Assembly: GCA_951406725.2 (NCBI GenBank) | Contig: OX597823.1 | Span: forward strand, 72,416,001-72,480,000 | Length of the DNA stretch: 64,000 nt | Reading direction: 5' to 3' | Source of the DNA: Octopus vulgaris | Taxonomy: Eukaryota | Shown here: positions 1 to 12,640 of the stretch, in pieces | Position numbering within the stretch: the first letter of the stretch is position 1 | Layout of the letters: the number at the start of each line of letters is the position of its first letter | Notes under the pieces: generated by a model | The model's input: the letters and a program-made list of their open reading frames with translations, nothing else | What the model was told of the DNA's origin: nothing | Database searches by the model: none | Program-made: the position numbers and the translations under genes

Positions 1-572
1 ATCAACATAATATTTCGATAATTATAAATCTGAAGATGCTACGAAAGCTTACGCCTTATATTTCTGACCAAGCGTCATCAGAACATATAAAAGCTAATCA
101 GCATAAACTACTAGGTGAAATTTGTTGATTTTATTAAATTAATACTCTTTCACCCTATATCTGTAATGCGTATATATATACATATACACATTTATATACT
201 ATATATTTATATATACGATATGTGTTTGTATGTGTGTAAGTGTGTGTATGCATGCAGATACATTTCTACTGACATGTGGACCCACGATCATAATGACTGT
301 AGGTTCAATAGTACGCTCATTGTAAGTTTTGCAGTTTCAGCCTGGACCTTTATTTCACGTTACTCTACGCAGTTAAGTGTGTTTGTATGCATGCATGTGT
401 GTATTTATTATGTATATATGTATGTATGTATGTATGAATGTATGTATGTATGTATGTATGTATGTATGTGTGAGTGCGTGTATGCATGTGTACACGTGCG
501 AGTGCGTCTCAGTGTATGTATGTTTGTGCGTGCTTTTGTAAATATGTACATATACACAAAATGTATATATAT

Positions 573-635
573 AGGCGTAGGAGTGGCCGTGTGTTAAGTA
601 GGTTGCTTGCCTACCACATGGTTCCGGGTTCATTA
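573..635 (+). mobile_element. Truncated tRNA-derived SINE head
   Basis: ggcgtaggagtggccgtgtgttaagtagg...catggttccgggttca has A/B-box-like motifs; same family as the copies at 10722 (+) and 14720 (-). Confidence 0.6.
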
Positions 636-769
636 TGTAAATATATATATATATATATATGTATAAACAATTTTCACCTTTAAAGGTATTTTAATATGAT
701 GCCACTTTGATGAAATATTTTATCCTGTATTAGAAGTATATATATATATATATATATATACATATACAG

Positions 770-1018
770 GAGAGTACTACATTAGCCCCTACCTCGCTAA
801 ATATAGAAGTCAAAAACACTTCTGTGTCACAGAATAGGCACAAATCTACTACAGGCATTGTAGGAAAATATTCCAGTTAACATTATAAAGGTTTTACCTC
901 TACTAAGTTAGCACATCAACTTGGTACTGGTTCCGAAATTAGACTTGAGACTATTCTGTGGCACAGAAATACTTTTTACTTCTAATTTTAGCAATGTATG
1001 TGCTCATGTAGTACCCTC
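770..1018. repeat. Long imperfect inverted repeat (hairpin 1), 79-nt arms
   Basis: 770-848 matches the reverse complement of 940-1018 at about 80% (gtactacat, tagaagt, ttctgtgYcacagaatag). Confidence 0.9.
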
Positions 1019-2145
1019 ATATGTGTGTGTGTGTGTGCATGTGTGTGTTTATGCGTGTGTGTATGTACATATCTTATATTGTATGTATATATTGTATTAA
1101 TTTGCTTGTACGGCTGATTATTCGCTTGCCTCTCGTGATGCTATTTTAAAAATACCACCCTTCTTATATTTATTTATAAATATATTTAACTATTTAGTTA
1201 CTCATTCAATATATATGTATAGATACCTGTACATGTCTTTATGCATGTTTGTGCGTGTGTTTGTTTGTGTGTGTACGATGTGACATATTGAAATTATCTC
1301 TGCTATAAGCACTTCTAAATGAGAAGATGGCTTGAGGACAGAAAAAAATATCTGATTATCTGTAGGCAAAGGGACTGTTGCTCAGTACATGCCATCAGTA
1401 CAGCAGCTAGTTTAGTTTATCTCCATCCTTCAAATGCATGTTAATAGTGCATCTGAATTGTATTCGTTAGCTCATTTTGATTTCACATATGCAAGTTATC
1501 TAGCCCTTATGTGTTCTGTTCTTTCTGGTTTATATCTCTAATGTTCTGTTTCCTGGAAATAAGGTAAGAAATCTGCTGTGCTAATGACAACCACTGAGGC
1601 AGATTTACGAATCTGCGGTGTCTTCAAACAGTCAGACTCTCTTTTCATGTTAGTGATGTCAATTTTGGAGAATTCTTACTTCTTGATATCAAATCACTTC
1701 CTTAATTGAATTTTGCCCAACTGCCACATATCAGTTGTCTCTTTAAGAAATATTTTCATTAAAGCAAGAATTTATATTCAGTGGTATTTCATATAACTTT
1801 ATTCATCTTAGTTGCTCACATACCTACTGCTTGTCACGTTGGGTTTTCCCTTTGCTGATTGTAGCTTCCATTATATTATGTGTACACAGAGATTTCCCAT
1901 CTTAGCACAAACAAACCTATTAATGCCAGAAATATTTATTGCCTTAAAACCACTTCTGAATACACTGGCTGTTGCCAAAATTTTATTATTGGCATTTCTG
2001 TCCAATATACTCCACGGGAATTAATACTCCCTGATACCAATACGTTGATATATGGATATTCTGACACTGACTCATTCGCTATAATCAAATTGAAGACTGT
2101 CGAAATTCGGACCCATCCGTTGTTACTTCATATTACCACCTAGAT

Positions 2146-2408
2146 CAGTGGTTCTCAACCACATTTTATCTATGATTACTATTTCATTCTAGTGGATCCC
2201 CTGAGCTATTCGGTGCTTAAAAAGTAGTTTCAAAATTACCAAGTTTTCACTTGTGTGGGTTGAACTTTGTAAAAGTTTAGACAATGAAACCTACCTGTAG
2301 GCTTTAAAATAATATCGTGGACCCCCAATTAACTATTTTGTTGAGTTAATCCCCAAAAATCTTATATGGACACTCAGGTGCCATATGCAACTCGACTGAG
2401 AACCCCTG
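2146..2408. mobile_element. Non-autonomous hAT (Charlie-like) MITE
   Basis: TIRs CAGTGGTTCTCAA.../...CTGAGAACCCCTG; perfect 8-bp TSD ACCTAGAT at 2138-2145 and 2409-2416. Confidence 0.9.
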
Positions 2409-3241
2409 ACCTAGATGATTCAATCTCATTAATTATTTAAGTCCAAACTAAACGTATACTTAATGCGGAATTTAGAAGGCATTGTGATATTGCCTCAACC
2501 TAATCTATGGAATTATCATAATAGCTCATCAGCATCCAAGGAAAAAACTATCATACTTAATAAAATTGTTTCCTATGCACGTAAAATATGCATACCTATA
2601 TGCATCTATTCATACTTCAAGTATTAATGGAGTCATTCGGCATTCTTTTCTTCTGAAACTCTACGAAAAGAAATACATATGTGTATTCGTAGCTTCAGCT
2701 TCGGCAAAGAAATCGATATTAATAAATTTAAGGAAGAAAATAGTCAGAATAAAATAGTAGCAAACGCATATGTATTTTTGTTCTAATCAGATATTACTTT
2801 CGTCAGATTTAGCCAATTTCTAACCACTTTTGCAACAATCAGCTGGAAATATTGCATAGCTGAACTTTTGTTCGCGATAGAATTTTCAAAGCAAAGAAAT
2901 CATAATAATCTATAATATGCGGAAAGACGAAAATAGGTGATCAAATGCATCGGAAAAACAAAAAAACCTAATTAAGAGCAAAGAATTAATATTTATGGGA
3001 AATTTGATATTTAATGCTTGGAGTAATTGGTATTATAGGGAAAAAATGACCTAAAATTAATAATGCAATATTACCAAGAAATTTACACTTTATATACATA
3101 TAATATAATCTCAGCTCAAGAAATATCATATATCTAAATGTAATATATATTCCTTTTTAGTCACGAAAAAACAGAAGTGCTCATAATTGTTTGCGCAGCT
3201 TCCTGGACTTGTGGGAGGAAGTAGGAACTTCCCAAATTAAA

Positions 3242-3830
3242 AGGCGGCGAGCTGGCAGAAACGTTAGCACGTCGGGCGAAATGCTTAGCCGTATTTCAGC
3301 TGCCGTTACGTTCTGACTTCAAATTCCGCCGAGGTCGACTTTGCCTTTCATCCTTTCGGGGTCGATAAATTAAGTACCAGTTACGCACTGGGGTCGATGT
3401 AATCGACTTAATACCTATGTCTGTCCTTGTTTGTCTCCTCTATATTTAGCCCCTTGTGGGTAATAAAGAAATAGGTATTTCGTCCGCTGCTACGTTCTGA
3501 GTTCAAATTCCGCCGAGGTCGACTTTGCCTTTCATCCTTTCGGGGTCGATAAATTAAGTACTAGTTACGCACTGGGGCCGATGTAATTAACTTAATCCGT
3601 TTGTCTGTTCTTGTTTGTCCCCTCTGTGTTTAGCCCCTTGTGGGTAGTTAAGAAACAGAAATAGGTATTTCATCTGCCGCTACGATCTGAGATCAAATTC
3701 CGCCGAGGTCGATCTTGCCTTTCATCCCTTCGGGATCGATAAATTAAGTACCATTTGCGTACTGGAATCGATCTAATCGACTGGACCTCTCCCTCAAAAA
3801 TTCGGGCTGTGTGTCTAGGGTAGAAAAGTA
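3242..3830 (+). mobile_element. tRNA-derived SINE whose body is tandemly repeated three times
   Basis: Head aggcggcgagctggcagaaacgttagc; body caaattccgccgaggtcga...gataaattaagtac occurs near 3320, 3504 and 3694; near-identical single copy at 57677. Confidence 0.85.
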
Positions 3831-4170
3831 TTCTTAAGCCAAGGCTCTAGCTGAAATGCCCACCATAGCATGGACTCTGGTTTTTGCATCCTAATGCATT
3901 TGGTTTGGGTGTGGAACTACACAACAAACAGAGTCTGCTGCAAATGAAGCCGACCATGCCAGTATTAACTCAGTTCGCAGGAATCAGACCAAGTTGCACA
4001 AAGCAATTAATTCGACATCCTAATGAATCTGGTAATCCATCTACACACACACACATATGCGCACGCGCGCACACATACACACACACACAAATATATACAC
4101 GCACACACACACACGTACGTACGCACGCACGCACACACATTCCACACACGCACACACACACACACAGTAG

Positions 4171-4454
4171 TTAAATAAATGGCATGGAACAAGAAATTAT
4201 ATAACGAACTTCATTAGCTTACGGCTTTTTCGGCTATATGATGCACCACATTCATAGTTGAATGCTTGTGTATCACCTTATGGCTTCAATGGAGCAGAAA
4301 AAATGAAGAACTAGACTTCATTTTGGAAGCTCCCGACGAATCTATATGGTGATACACAGGCACTCAACCATGAATGCATTGCATCTTATAGCGGAAATGC
4401 TGTAGGCTAATGAAGCTGGTTACATAATTTCTTTTTCCCTTGTTATCTATTTAA
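4171..4454. repeat. Long imperfect inverted repeat (hairpin 2), about 138-nt arms, 7-nt loop
   Basis: 4171-4308 matches the reverse complement of 4316-4454 (aagaaattat, cttcattagc, cattcat, tgtgtatcacc, aaaatgaag) at roughly 78%. Confidence 0.92.
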
Positions 4455-4461
4455 TGTTTTA

Positions 4462-5350
4462 CTAGCAGTATAACCCGGCTTTACCCCGGATTAAGTTAGG
4501 ATTATTAAGCTAATCAAGTTCTTTATCTGAAACCAAACTAAGTAACATCGACGTCAAATTTGGGCGAAATCCGTTGAAATTGGTTTATATATATAATGGC
4601 CCAGTGGTTAGGGCAGCGGACTCGCGGTCGTAGGATCGCGGTTTCGATTACCAGACTGGGCGTTGTGAGTGTTTATTGAACAAAAACACCTAAAGCTCCA
4701 CGAGGCTCCGGCAGGGGGTGGTGGCGATCCCTGCTGTACTCTTTCGCCACAACTCTCACGCTTTGTTCTGTTGGCCTGCTCGCTTAGCCAGTGGAGTGGC
4801 GTCATTTGGAGGCTAAAACAATGCGAAGCGCATTGTGACCAGCGATGTGCAGCAAAATCTGATAGCCTGGTCGGTCACGGTGATATATATATATATATGG
4901 GCGACACAGACACACACACACACACACACATACACACGTACGTACGTACACCCATTGCATACATGTTTTTTGTACGCATACATGTTCGTGTGTGTGTGTG
5001 TTGCCCGTATATCAACAAAACACTTTTTTCCTCGATGGAAAAAAATAAACAACAAAAGTTTTAACAAAAACTTACTCGTCGTTAGAAGGGAACTTAACTC
5101 CTGTTTGCAAACAATGGTGATTTCTCCGACTTGAAAATTGTTAAAAGTTTTGGTTGATAATTTATATTTACTGCTATTCGCTGGTGCCTCTGGGAAAAAT
5201 AAGTTGACGAAAACACAGCTAAGGCCATAACGAATGTCCTCCTAAAATTGGAGCGACATGCGTGCTAATTTGTGGACGTGCTTAAATTACATTCACGTAC
5301 ACACACAGATACGCACACATACGCACACATACACACACACATCCTAATTA
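4462..5350 (-). mobile_element. Helitron-like non-autonomous element (3' end at 4462; other end approximate)
   Basis: The minus strand reads ccggggtaaagccgg (hairpin) + gttatactgCTAG|t, the same 3' architecture as 37093-37120. Confidence 0.55.
4595..4885 (+). mobile_element. tRNA-derived SINE nested in the Helitron-like element
   Basis: tggcccagtggttagggcagcggactcgcggtcgtaggatcgcggtttcgatt tRNA-like head, GC-rich body, (TA)n on both sides. Confidence 0.75.
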
Positions 5351-5909
5351 CACGGCTAATTAATGCTTTGATACGAAGAATACGTATAGTGAGTTCTAAT
5401 ATCAGGTACCCCTGTGCTTAATCTGAATGTGTGTGTGTGTGTGCGTGTGCGTGTATGTGTGTTTGCGTGTATGTGTGTGTGCGTGTATGTGTGTGTGTGT
5501 GTGTTTGTATCCACATATCCATCACTGTTTCTCCATTTGGTTCTCTTTTAAAAACCTCTTGTACCCTTCTGCACACATAACAGGCGCGCATTCACAAGTT
5601 TGTTAACAGCTACTCCGAATTTCTTCCACAACTGAATGCGCAAAATATTCAGCACCATACGAAGGTGTCAGAAATTTATATATAACGCTGGTAGATATTG
5701 TAATATTCATATTCATATTTTTATGACATCTCAGTAATTACACAATAAATATTTTATACACAAAAAATCATGAAAATGTTTTTGATGTATCAAAGTTTCT
5801 TCCACAGTCAGTAAGCTATTTATTTCTCTAATTCAGCTTAAACGCTTATGTATGCAAATTAATTTATCCAATCTAGAAAAAAACTGATATATTTCAATTC
5901 TTGTATATA

Positions 5910-6220
5910 AGGGGCAGTCAAGTTTGTGGTTAAGAAGCCTGCTTTTTAGCCACGGCGCAGTCATGTGGATAAATGTCTCCTATTGTAACATCTGGTCGAC
6001 CAATGATTTGAGAGTGAATTTCATAAAACTATATAAATGTCAATCGTTATCATATTCGCCCGCTCGTAAATTTGTGTTTATCCCCTTCCAACTTTTGGCT
6101 ACCGCTGTTGGCTTGTGTCTGTCCCCGTAACTCACTGGTTCGACAAACAAAACCAGTAGAATATATGCCAAACTTAAATCGATGCTTCATCACGGCTGCA
6201 GTGCAGTAACACAAGCAGAT
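5910..6220 (+). mobile_element. Degenerate SINE
   Basis: tgtggttaagaagcctgc head; gtccccgtaact...ggttcgacaaa and cacggctgcagt match the copies at 9585 and 10722. Confidence 0.55.
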
Positions 6221-6502
6221 GGTAAAATATTCTCTGCTATCGATTAGGGAAGAATATTGGATGCCTATCCTCTGACGAATAGCAAACAAAGTGCAAAAAA
6301 TATTCTTCGGAGGCTCTCTATTCTTTTTTAAGCCTCAGTGCAATAATAGAAGCTATGTATTTACATTCTTATTAAAATTATTTTTAAATTACAAATTTAT
6401 GTATAGCAGTTCTTCTGCCTTACTCTCTTGAGAACAATACATACGTAAATACATACACACATGCATACATACATGCATACATACATACATACATATATAC
6501 AT

Positions 6503-7090
6503 AAAAAGGAATACTGGTGGAATGTCCCAGTGTAGACCTCAATAAAATGTAAGCACAACAGATCTGACATAATGATTTGGATTAGAGAAGAGAAACTTCA
6601 CAGTTGTGGAAATTAGCAGCCCAGCGGATGTTAGCATAAAACTGAAGATTGGTGAAAAAGAGAACACCTATGCTGCAGTTACTCTCTCCAGATTAGAAGT
6701 TCATGTTTATACCTGTTATTATTGGGACCATGGGATATGTAAATCACTGCCTAAATACCAATCTTGAGAAATTAGGCTTCTCAGAACCAGAAAACAGAAA
6801 GCTTATTCGAAGGCTACAGATCCAATCCCTCACCGGAACTGTAAAAATGTGTAAAACTTTCCAGAAGTTTATCATTTAAATATATATGAGCATGTCTATA
6901 AATGCAACTATATGCGTGTGAGTACATACGTAAAATACACAAATCTGCACATACATACATACATCCATACATATATACATACATACTTACATACATACAA
7001 AATACCCTGTTCTTGATGTTAAAATTCCAATGAAGGAGGCTTGAATCTAAGTTAGACACCGGTTCTCTCTCTATTGGGAAGAAGTCTTGA
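6503..7090 (+). mobile_element. 3' fragment of an R4/Dong-like non-LTR retrotransposon (restriction-like endonuclease), decayed
   Basis: Interrupted translation YWWNVPV*..KHNRSDIMIW..VVEISSPADVSIKLKIGEKENTY..FIPVIIGTMG resembles the R-PD..D/E..K..Y RLE domain; (TACA)n on both sides. Confidence 0.75.
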
Positions 7091-8250
7091 AATATACTGA
7101 ATAATGACATACATACATACATGCATGAATGCATACACACATACATACATGCATGCATATATACATACATACACGCATGGGTATATGCATACATACATAC
7201 CTGCATACATACATACATACACACTTACATCGCCGACTGGTAACTTTTAACCGTCTTCAAAGGGTAAAATACCCAATCTTTCTCTGCCATTTTCACAGCT
7301 ACATTGCGTTCGAAATTTATTTTCCTGTCTGTAAAATACCAACATATATAAAGGGGTTTGTATGATTAAATATAGAGGGATATATATTATTCAAAGAAAT
7401 TCTAACTCTGTCTTATTGAATAGATGAAATATTGAATATCAAATATTAAGGGACTAGTATACTTTCTTGCATTTAAGCACTCTTCAAGATCCCAGGTTGT
7501 GACAGGAATGTGTAAATATGGATGTATATATATATATATATATACATATTTACACACACGCACACACATACACACACGTACACACACACACATGCACACA
7601 CGTACACACACAAACACAGGTATTTGTATATACAGTACGCTTGCACACAACTCACACTTTTCTATATCTCTCTGTGAGTATGTGTGTGTGCGTGTGCGTG
7701 TGTATGCATGTACGTGACTGTATCAACCGTATTGTTTTACTAGATCTCCCTTTGAAAAGATTTTCTGAGTAAGCCTAAGATCTGACGTACCAATAACCTG
7801 TAACCGGCACAGTCAAGGTTCAAAGACCTAACCCTCACTTAAGTTAGCTAGCTTAGTGGATATGCAGTTGACGGCATCAAATACCTTTAATCTTAAGATC
7901 AAGGTTGCTCAAGTAGAACTCTTATCAAAAACTTTCATGCCGTAATCGTATTCTATGTTTATCAGGTATTACATTAAATAATATCAACGTATTGACGCTA
8001 GATTGCGATTTGCCAATGATTTGGTTTATATACAGTGGTCTAGAATAACATTAGACCAGAGCAATAAAACGCAACGTTAATTAACATCATGTAAATTTAA
8101 ACCAAATTCAATGAAATTCTGTCTTAGTATTTTGTAGGCTCTTCTTTATTTAAAATATAAACTTTCACCTAATTAAACTTGATTTTGATCGAATTTTCAA
8201 TGACAGACGTCATTTTTTAAACCAATCTGTGTCCAGTGCTGCTTTTAAGT

Positions 8251-8933
8251 CTGTAATTGTAAAAAGCTGCTCGAAACCTTCACTGGAGATGTTCCTATCA
8301 ATGTTCTACAGGATCGAAATCGGAGATTTTAATCCCTCTAGAATCTGTCAATTTTTTTAACAATAAACCCCCTTAATGTTTTTTTTAAACAATACTTTGG
8401 TTCATTTACATGATTTAAAACAAAAAATGAGCTCTATTTCTGTTGTTCTTGCTGCCCCCAATTCTATACAGAATCTTAGTGTTTAACTGTTCCTTGCAAA
8501 CAAATCGGCTCCCATGTCTCCTTTTTGTTAGCTCATACATATGCCTGCTTGAAAAGGAAAAGCCGCAGTATTTTTTTTCGCTAAATCATATTATTGACGA
8601 ACAAACTTCACGTTCCTTTCACACAAATATGTCTTGTCCAGATAAAACTTCTTTTGGGGCTTTGTCGTTTCCAAGGAGAATATAAAAATCGTTATTGTAA
8701 ATTGATATAACATCGTTACATAGCAGAGATTAGTGTGGAATGTTAATCTATAAAAAGTATTTTATTCATTCATGAAGTAGATAGATTCTATTAACAGCAT
8801 ACTAATTAAAAGCATAATATTGCTTCGAATTTTGGCTCTATAATTGTAAAAATGTGCTCGAAACCTTCACTGGAGATGTTCCAATGATTGTTCTACAGGA
8901 TTGAAATCGGAGATTTTAACCAGTCCAGAATCT
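8251..8933. repeat. Dispersed direct repeat of about 96 bp (8251-8346 and 8838-8933)
   Basis: Both copies contain gctcgaaaccttcactggagatgttcc...tgttctacaggatYgaaatcggagattttaa. Confidence 0.9.
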
Positions 8934-9584
8934 AGACTCGGTGAATAAAATCTGTCTTGCAACTCCTGGTTCATATCCAGTTCTATGAATATTCTTCAGT
9001 ATATCAACATATTCACAGAATTTGCAACGCTTTAAGCATTCCAGTCAGTCAACGTTTAATAATTTCCCACCTAGTTGTAGTCTTTAAACTTCCATAATCT
9101 TCTTGCAGATTTCCGGATCATTATCTCACTTGGAAATGTGTTTCTTTAATCTAGCTCTTGACTATGTTATTCAATATTTGATGATTAATAAAAAAAATGG
9201 GATATTTGTTTGAGCTCTTCCTCGTTTGAACTTTCCATATTGATAATAAATGAAATACTTGGTTGCGTGTAAATCATCGATATCTCTTTTCATTAGTCTT
9301 CATTGTTGCGTGTAATGAAATTAAAATTACTATTAAAGTTACAATTACTCAAAATTCATGTATCTAAGTACAAAGAATAGAAAACGTATTTCATTAGTAA
9401 ACATCTAAACAAATAAAACTAAAACTAAACAAAAAAAAACATTTATTTTCGTGAGGCCCTGTAGACAAACGAATTAACCACGTTGTAGGAAAATATAAAA
9501 GACTGCAGTTCCTTACCTTGAAGCTCTAAATTTCTTCGATGTGCTTTATCAATGTGACGGCAACCCACTTCAGTTGTAATGTAT

Positions 9585-9746
9585 TTCCGTTGTGGATGTG
9601 TGGTAAGAGGTTTCCTGCCCCACCTCATGGTGCCGAGTTCACTCTCACTGCGGCATGGCATCTTGGGCATGTGTTCTCTACTATAGAGTCGGAGCGACGA
9701 AAGCCTTGTGCGCGGATTTGGATGACGGAAACACATACAAACCCGA

Positions 9747-9816
<70 letters not shown>

Positions 9817-10050
9817 TATTTATATTTCTATGAGTGCGTTTTATCCCCGCCCCCGCTTGATAACCGGTGTTGCTGTTTCTATATCCCCGTAACTTAACAG
9901 TTCGGCAAAATTAACCGATAAAATAAGCATTAGGATTATAAGTCATGGGTTGGTTTATTCGACTAAAACCTTTGAAAGCAGTACCCCAGCATGGTCGCAG
10001 TTAAAAGACAAGTAAAAAATAAACTAAATGACAAGTAAAAAAAAAAACTA
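9585..10050 (+). mobile_element. SINE with internal (TA)n(TG)n microsatellite
   Basis: tgtgtggtaagagg head, cttgggcatgtg, ccccgtaacttaacagttcggcaaa, ccccagcatggtcgcagt, A-rich tail. Confidence 0.7.
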
Positions 10051-10721
10051 AACTTTAAAGCAATAAAGATAAGAGCTACAATTCGTTAAATGGAACGCAT
10101 TTTCGTACATGGTAATTAGACAGTATTAATGAATCCGTCAATTTCACATCACACAATTTTTTTTCCTCTATATAAAAGGTATATTATTATATTTTTGGAT
10201 ATAACAGAATGAGGTCGTTGCCATAAAATGTTTCAGGTCATCACAATTTATATGGAAACTAAATTTGTTGCTTTCCTCCAAGGTGAAATTAAACTAGGGG
10301 TAAAACTTGACACGCAACGCTTCCTTCCATCAATTAAATCATTTCATTGATGCTCGGGAATAATGTTAATGTTATCGAGGTATGACATATTGGTATTTTC
10401 ATTAGAAATTAATTAAAAATTTATATTTCAAAAACATGCCTTAATAGTTATTGGTTATGGCTCCTTTCTACAGTATGCAAACGTATTAATAATATATATA
10501 TTTTTTTGTTCAGGTTTGACAAAATTCGAAGTAATATTATGTTATTAATTGGTATGCAGTTAATAGTATCTATCTACTTCATGAATGAACAAAATATTTT
10601 TTGTAGATTAACGTTCCATCATATCTTCTGCTTTGTAATGATGTTATATCAATTCACAATAAGGATATATATATTCTGCTTCAGGTCGATAATAATAAAT
10701 ATGAAACGACAAATTATTTTT

Positions 10722-10884
10722 AGGTGCAGGCGTCCCTGAGTGGTTAAGAGGCTTGCTTCCCAACCACGTGGTCTTTGATTCAGCCATATTGTGTGGCTCC
10801 TTGAGCAAGTAAACAAGTATCTTCTACTATAATCCCTGGCCAACCAAAGGCTTGTGAAGGGATTTGGCAGGCGGAAACTGAAAG

Positions 10885-10922
<38 letters not shown>

Positions 10923-11150
10923 GTATGTGTGTGTGCGTGTGCAAGCGCGTGCGTGTCTTTGCGTTTGTTCCCTATCACCTCTTGACAACCCGTGGTAGTT
11001 TCTTTATGCCACCGTAACTTAGTGGTTCAACAAATGGGTCCGAGAGATCCAGTACTAAGTTAAAGAAAAAATAGTACTTGGGGAGGTTTTTTTCGGCTAA
11101 AGCTTACAAGGTTTTGCACCGGGATGGTTGCAGTCGAATGACTGAAATTC
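10722..11150 (+). mobile_element. SINE with internal microsatellite
   Basis: ggtgcaggcgtccctgagtggttaagaggcttgcttcccaaccacgtgg head; same family as 9585. Confidence 0.7.
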
Positions 11151-11207
11151 AAAATAACGGTATACATACACACACACACACACACACACGCACATACACA
11201 CATACAC

Positions 11208-11276
<69 letters not shown>

Positions 11277-11353
11277 CATATACCAGAGTAAGCACATAAA
11301 TGCGAAACAAGGCGGAAAAAATAGTATTCGAATACCAGATGTAGAGTAATAGT

Positions 11354-11439
11354 CTTTATTAAAAAGCAGCAGAAATATCACAAGTAAGGATGTGATATTT
11401 TCGTAATACCTGTGATGTTTTTGCTGCTTTTTAATAAAG
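11354..11439. repeat. 33-bp inverted repeat at the 5' junction of the Penelope remnant
   Basis: ctttattaaaaagcagcagaaatatcacaagta / tacctgtgatgtttttgctgctttttaataaag. Confidence 0.85.
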
Positions 11440-11469
11440 TATACGCTATTAAATACTGGTTAGAAAAAT

Positions 11470-12640
11470 ACCCCGAAGTTCTCCGGACCGCATAAACCAG
11501 ACCTTTGCCATTGAATCCCTGAAGTTCAACCTACAAAACAAATACTTCTCTTCGATGCAACATATTACCGTTATGCGGTATTGTGATGTGAACGAAAGCA
11601 GCGTCTGTCCTTGTGAACATAATAATGGTTTTCTTTGAATCTACCCTATATGAACTTTCGCTCCAAAAATTTGGACCCCAGTCCACCAGTATATAAGAGA
11701 AAACTGGAACGAGTATCTAGACGATTGTTTTATCATCTGGAATGAAACCTATGATAAACTGGATTTCAAATCCACACTGAACAATATAAGCTCCAATATT
11801 CAAATTACAATGGAATATAGCAAGGAACAGCTCCCAGTTCTGGACATTTTTATTATAAAAAATTCAACAACCAAATTGCAACTGACATCTACTACAAACC
11901 AACAGACACAAAACAGTATCTCCTTTTAAGCTCATGCCATCCTAAACACACCAAAATAAATATCCCATTCGATCGAGCTAAAAGGATCTGTACAATTGCA
12001 TCTAGTACAACCACTCGAGAACTTCGCCTTGAATACCTCAAAATAACACTCATTGAACGTCAATAACCACCCGCACTTATAGACCATGGAATTGAACGTG
12101 CCAAGAAATTGGATACAAACACACTAAGGACAACAAAACAAAACACCACACCCCACTTTAAATCACTCCCATACATATCAACCCACAACCTCAGAAACAA
12201 TGAAGCAAGCAATTATACAAAATCTCCCTCTGCTCACTGAAGACACGAAAATGAACAACATCCTTAGTACACATAAACCCCAACACATAAAGACAGCACC
12301 AAATCACTCAAGAGACTCCTAACAAATGCAGAACTATACTCAATACATACGATACCAACAGTTAAAAAATGCAGACGACCTAATTGTGGCACATGCCCAT
12401 ACCTAAATGAAGGCTTAAAATTCACATTCTAGTAAGGAGAAAAATTCTCAATTAAGACCAACATCACATGTGCTTCTCAGAACCTTATCTATGTCCTAAC
12501 CTGCTCGTGCTGTGGCCTCAATTATGTGGGCCAAACGAACCTTACTTTGAGACACAAAGTCACGCTGCATAAAGAACAGATTCATTTTCCTCAATACAGG
12601 CAGATAGCTCTGAGCGAACATATCAACAGATTTCAAATAC
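11470..12640 (+). mobile_element. Penelope-like retroelement remnant (RT + Cys linker + GIY-YIG), frameshifted
   Basis: YLDDCFIIWNET (RT motif C, about 11714), TDIYYKPTDTKQYL..SCHPKHTK, CRRPNCGTCPYL, TCASQNLIYVLTC..CGLNYVGQT; homologous to 62110-62770. Confidence 0.92.

Noticed and set aside
4597-4670. tRNA-like sequences (also 3242, 22490-22556, 57677)
   Set aside because: They are SINE heads that run into repeat bodies; no complete cloverleaf or acceptor stem is evident
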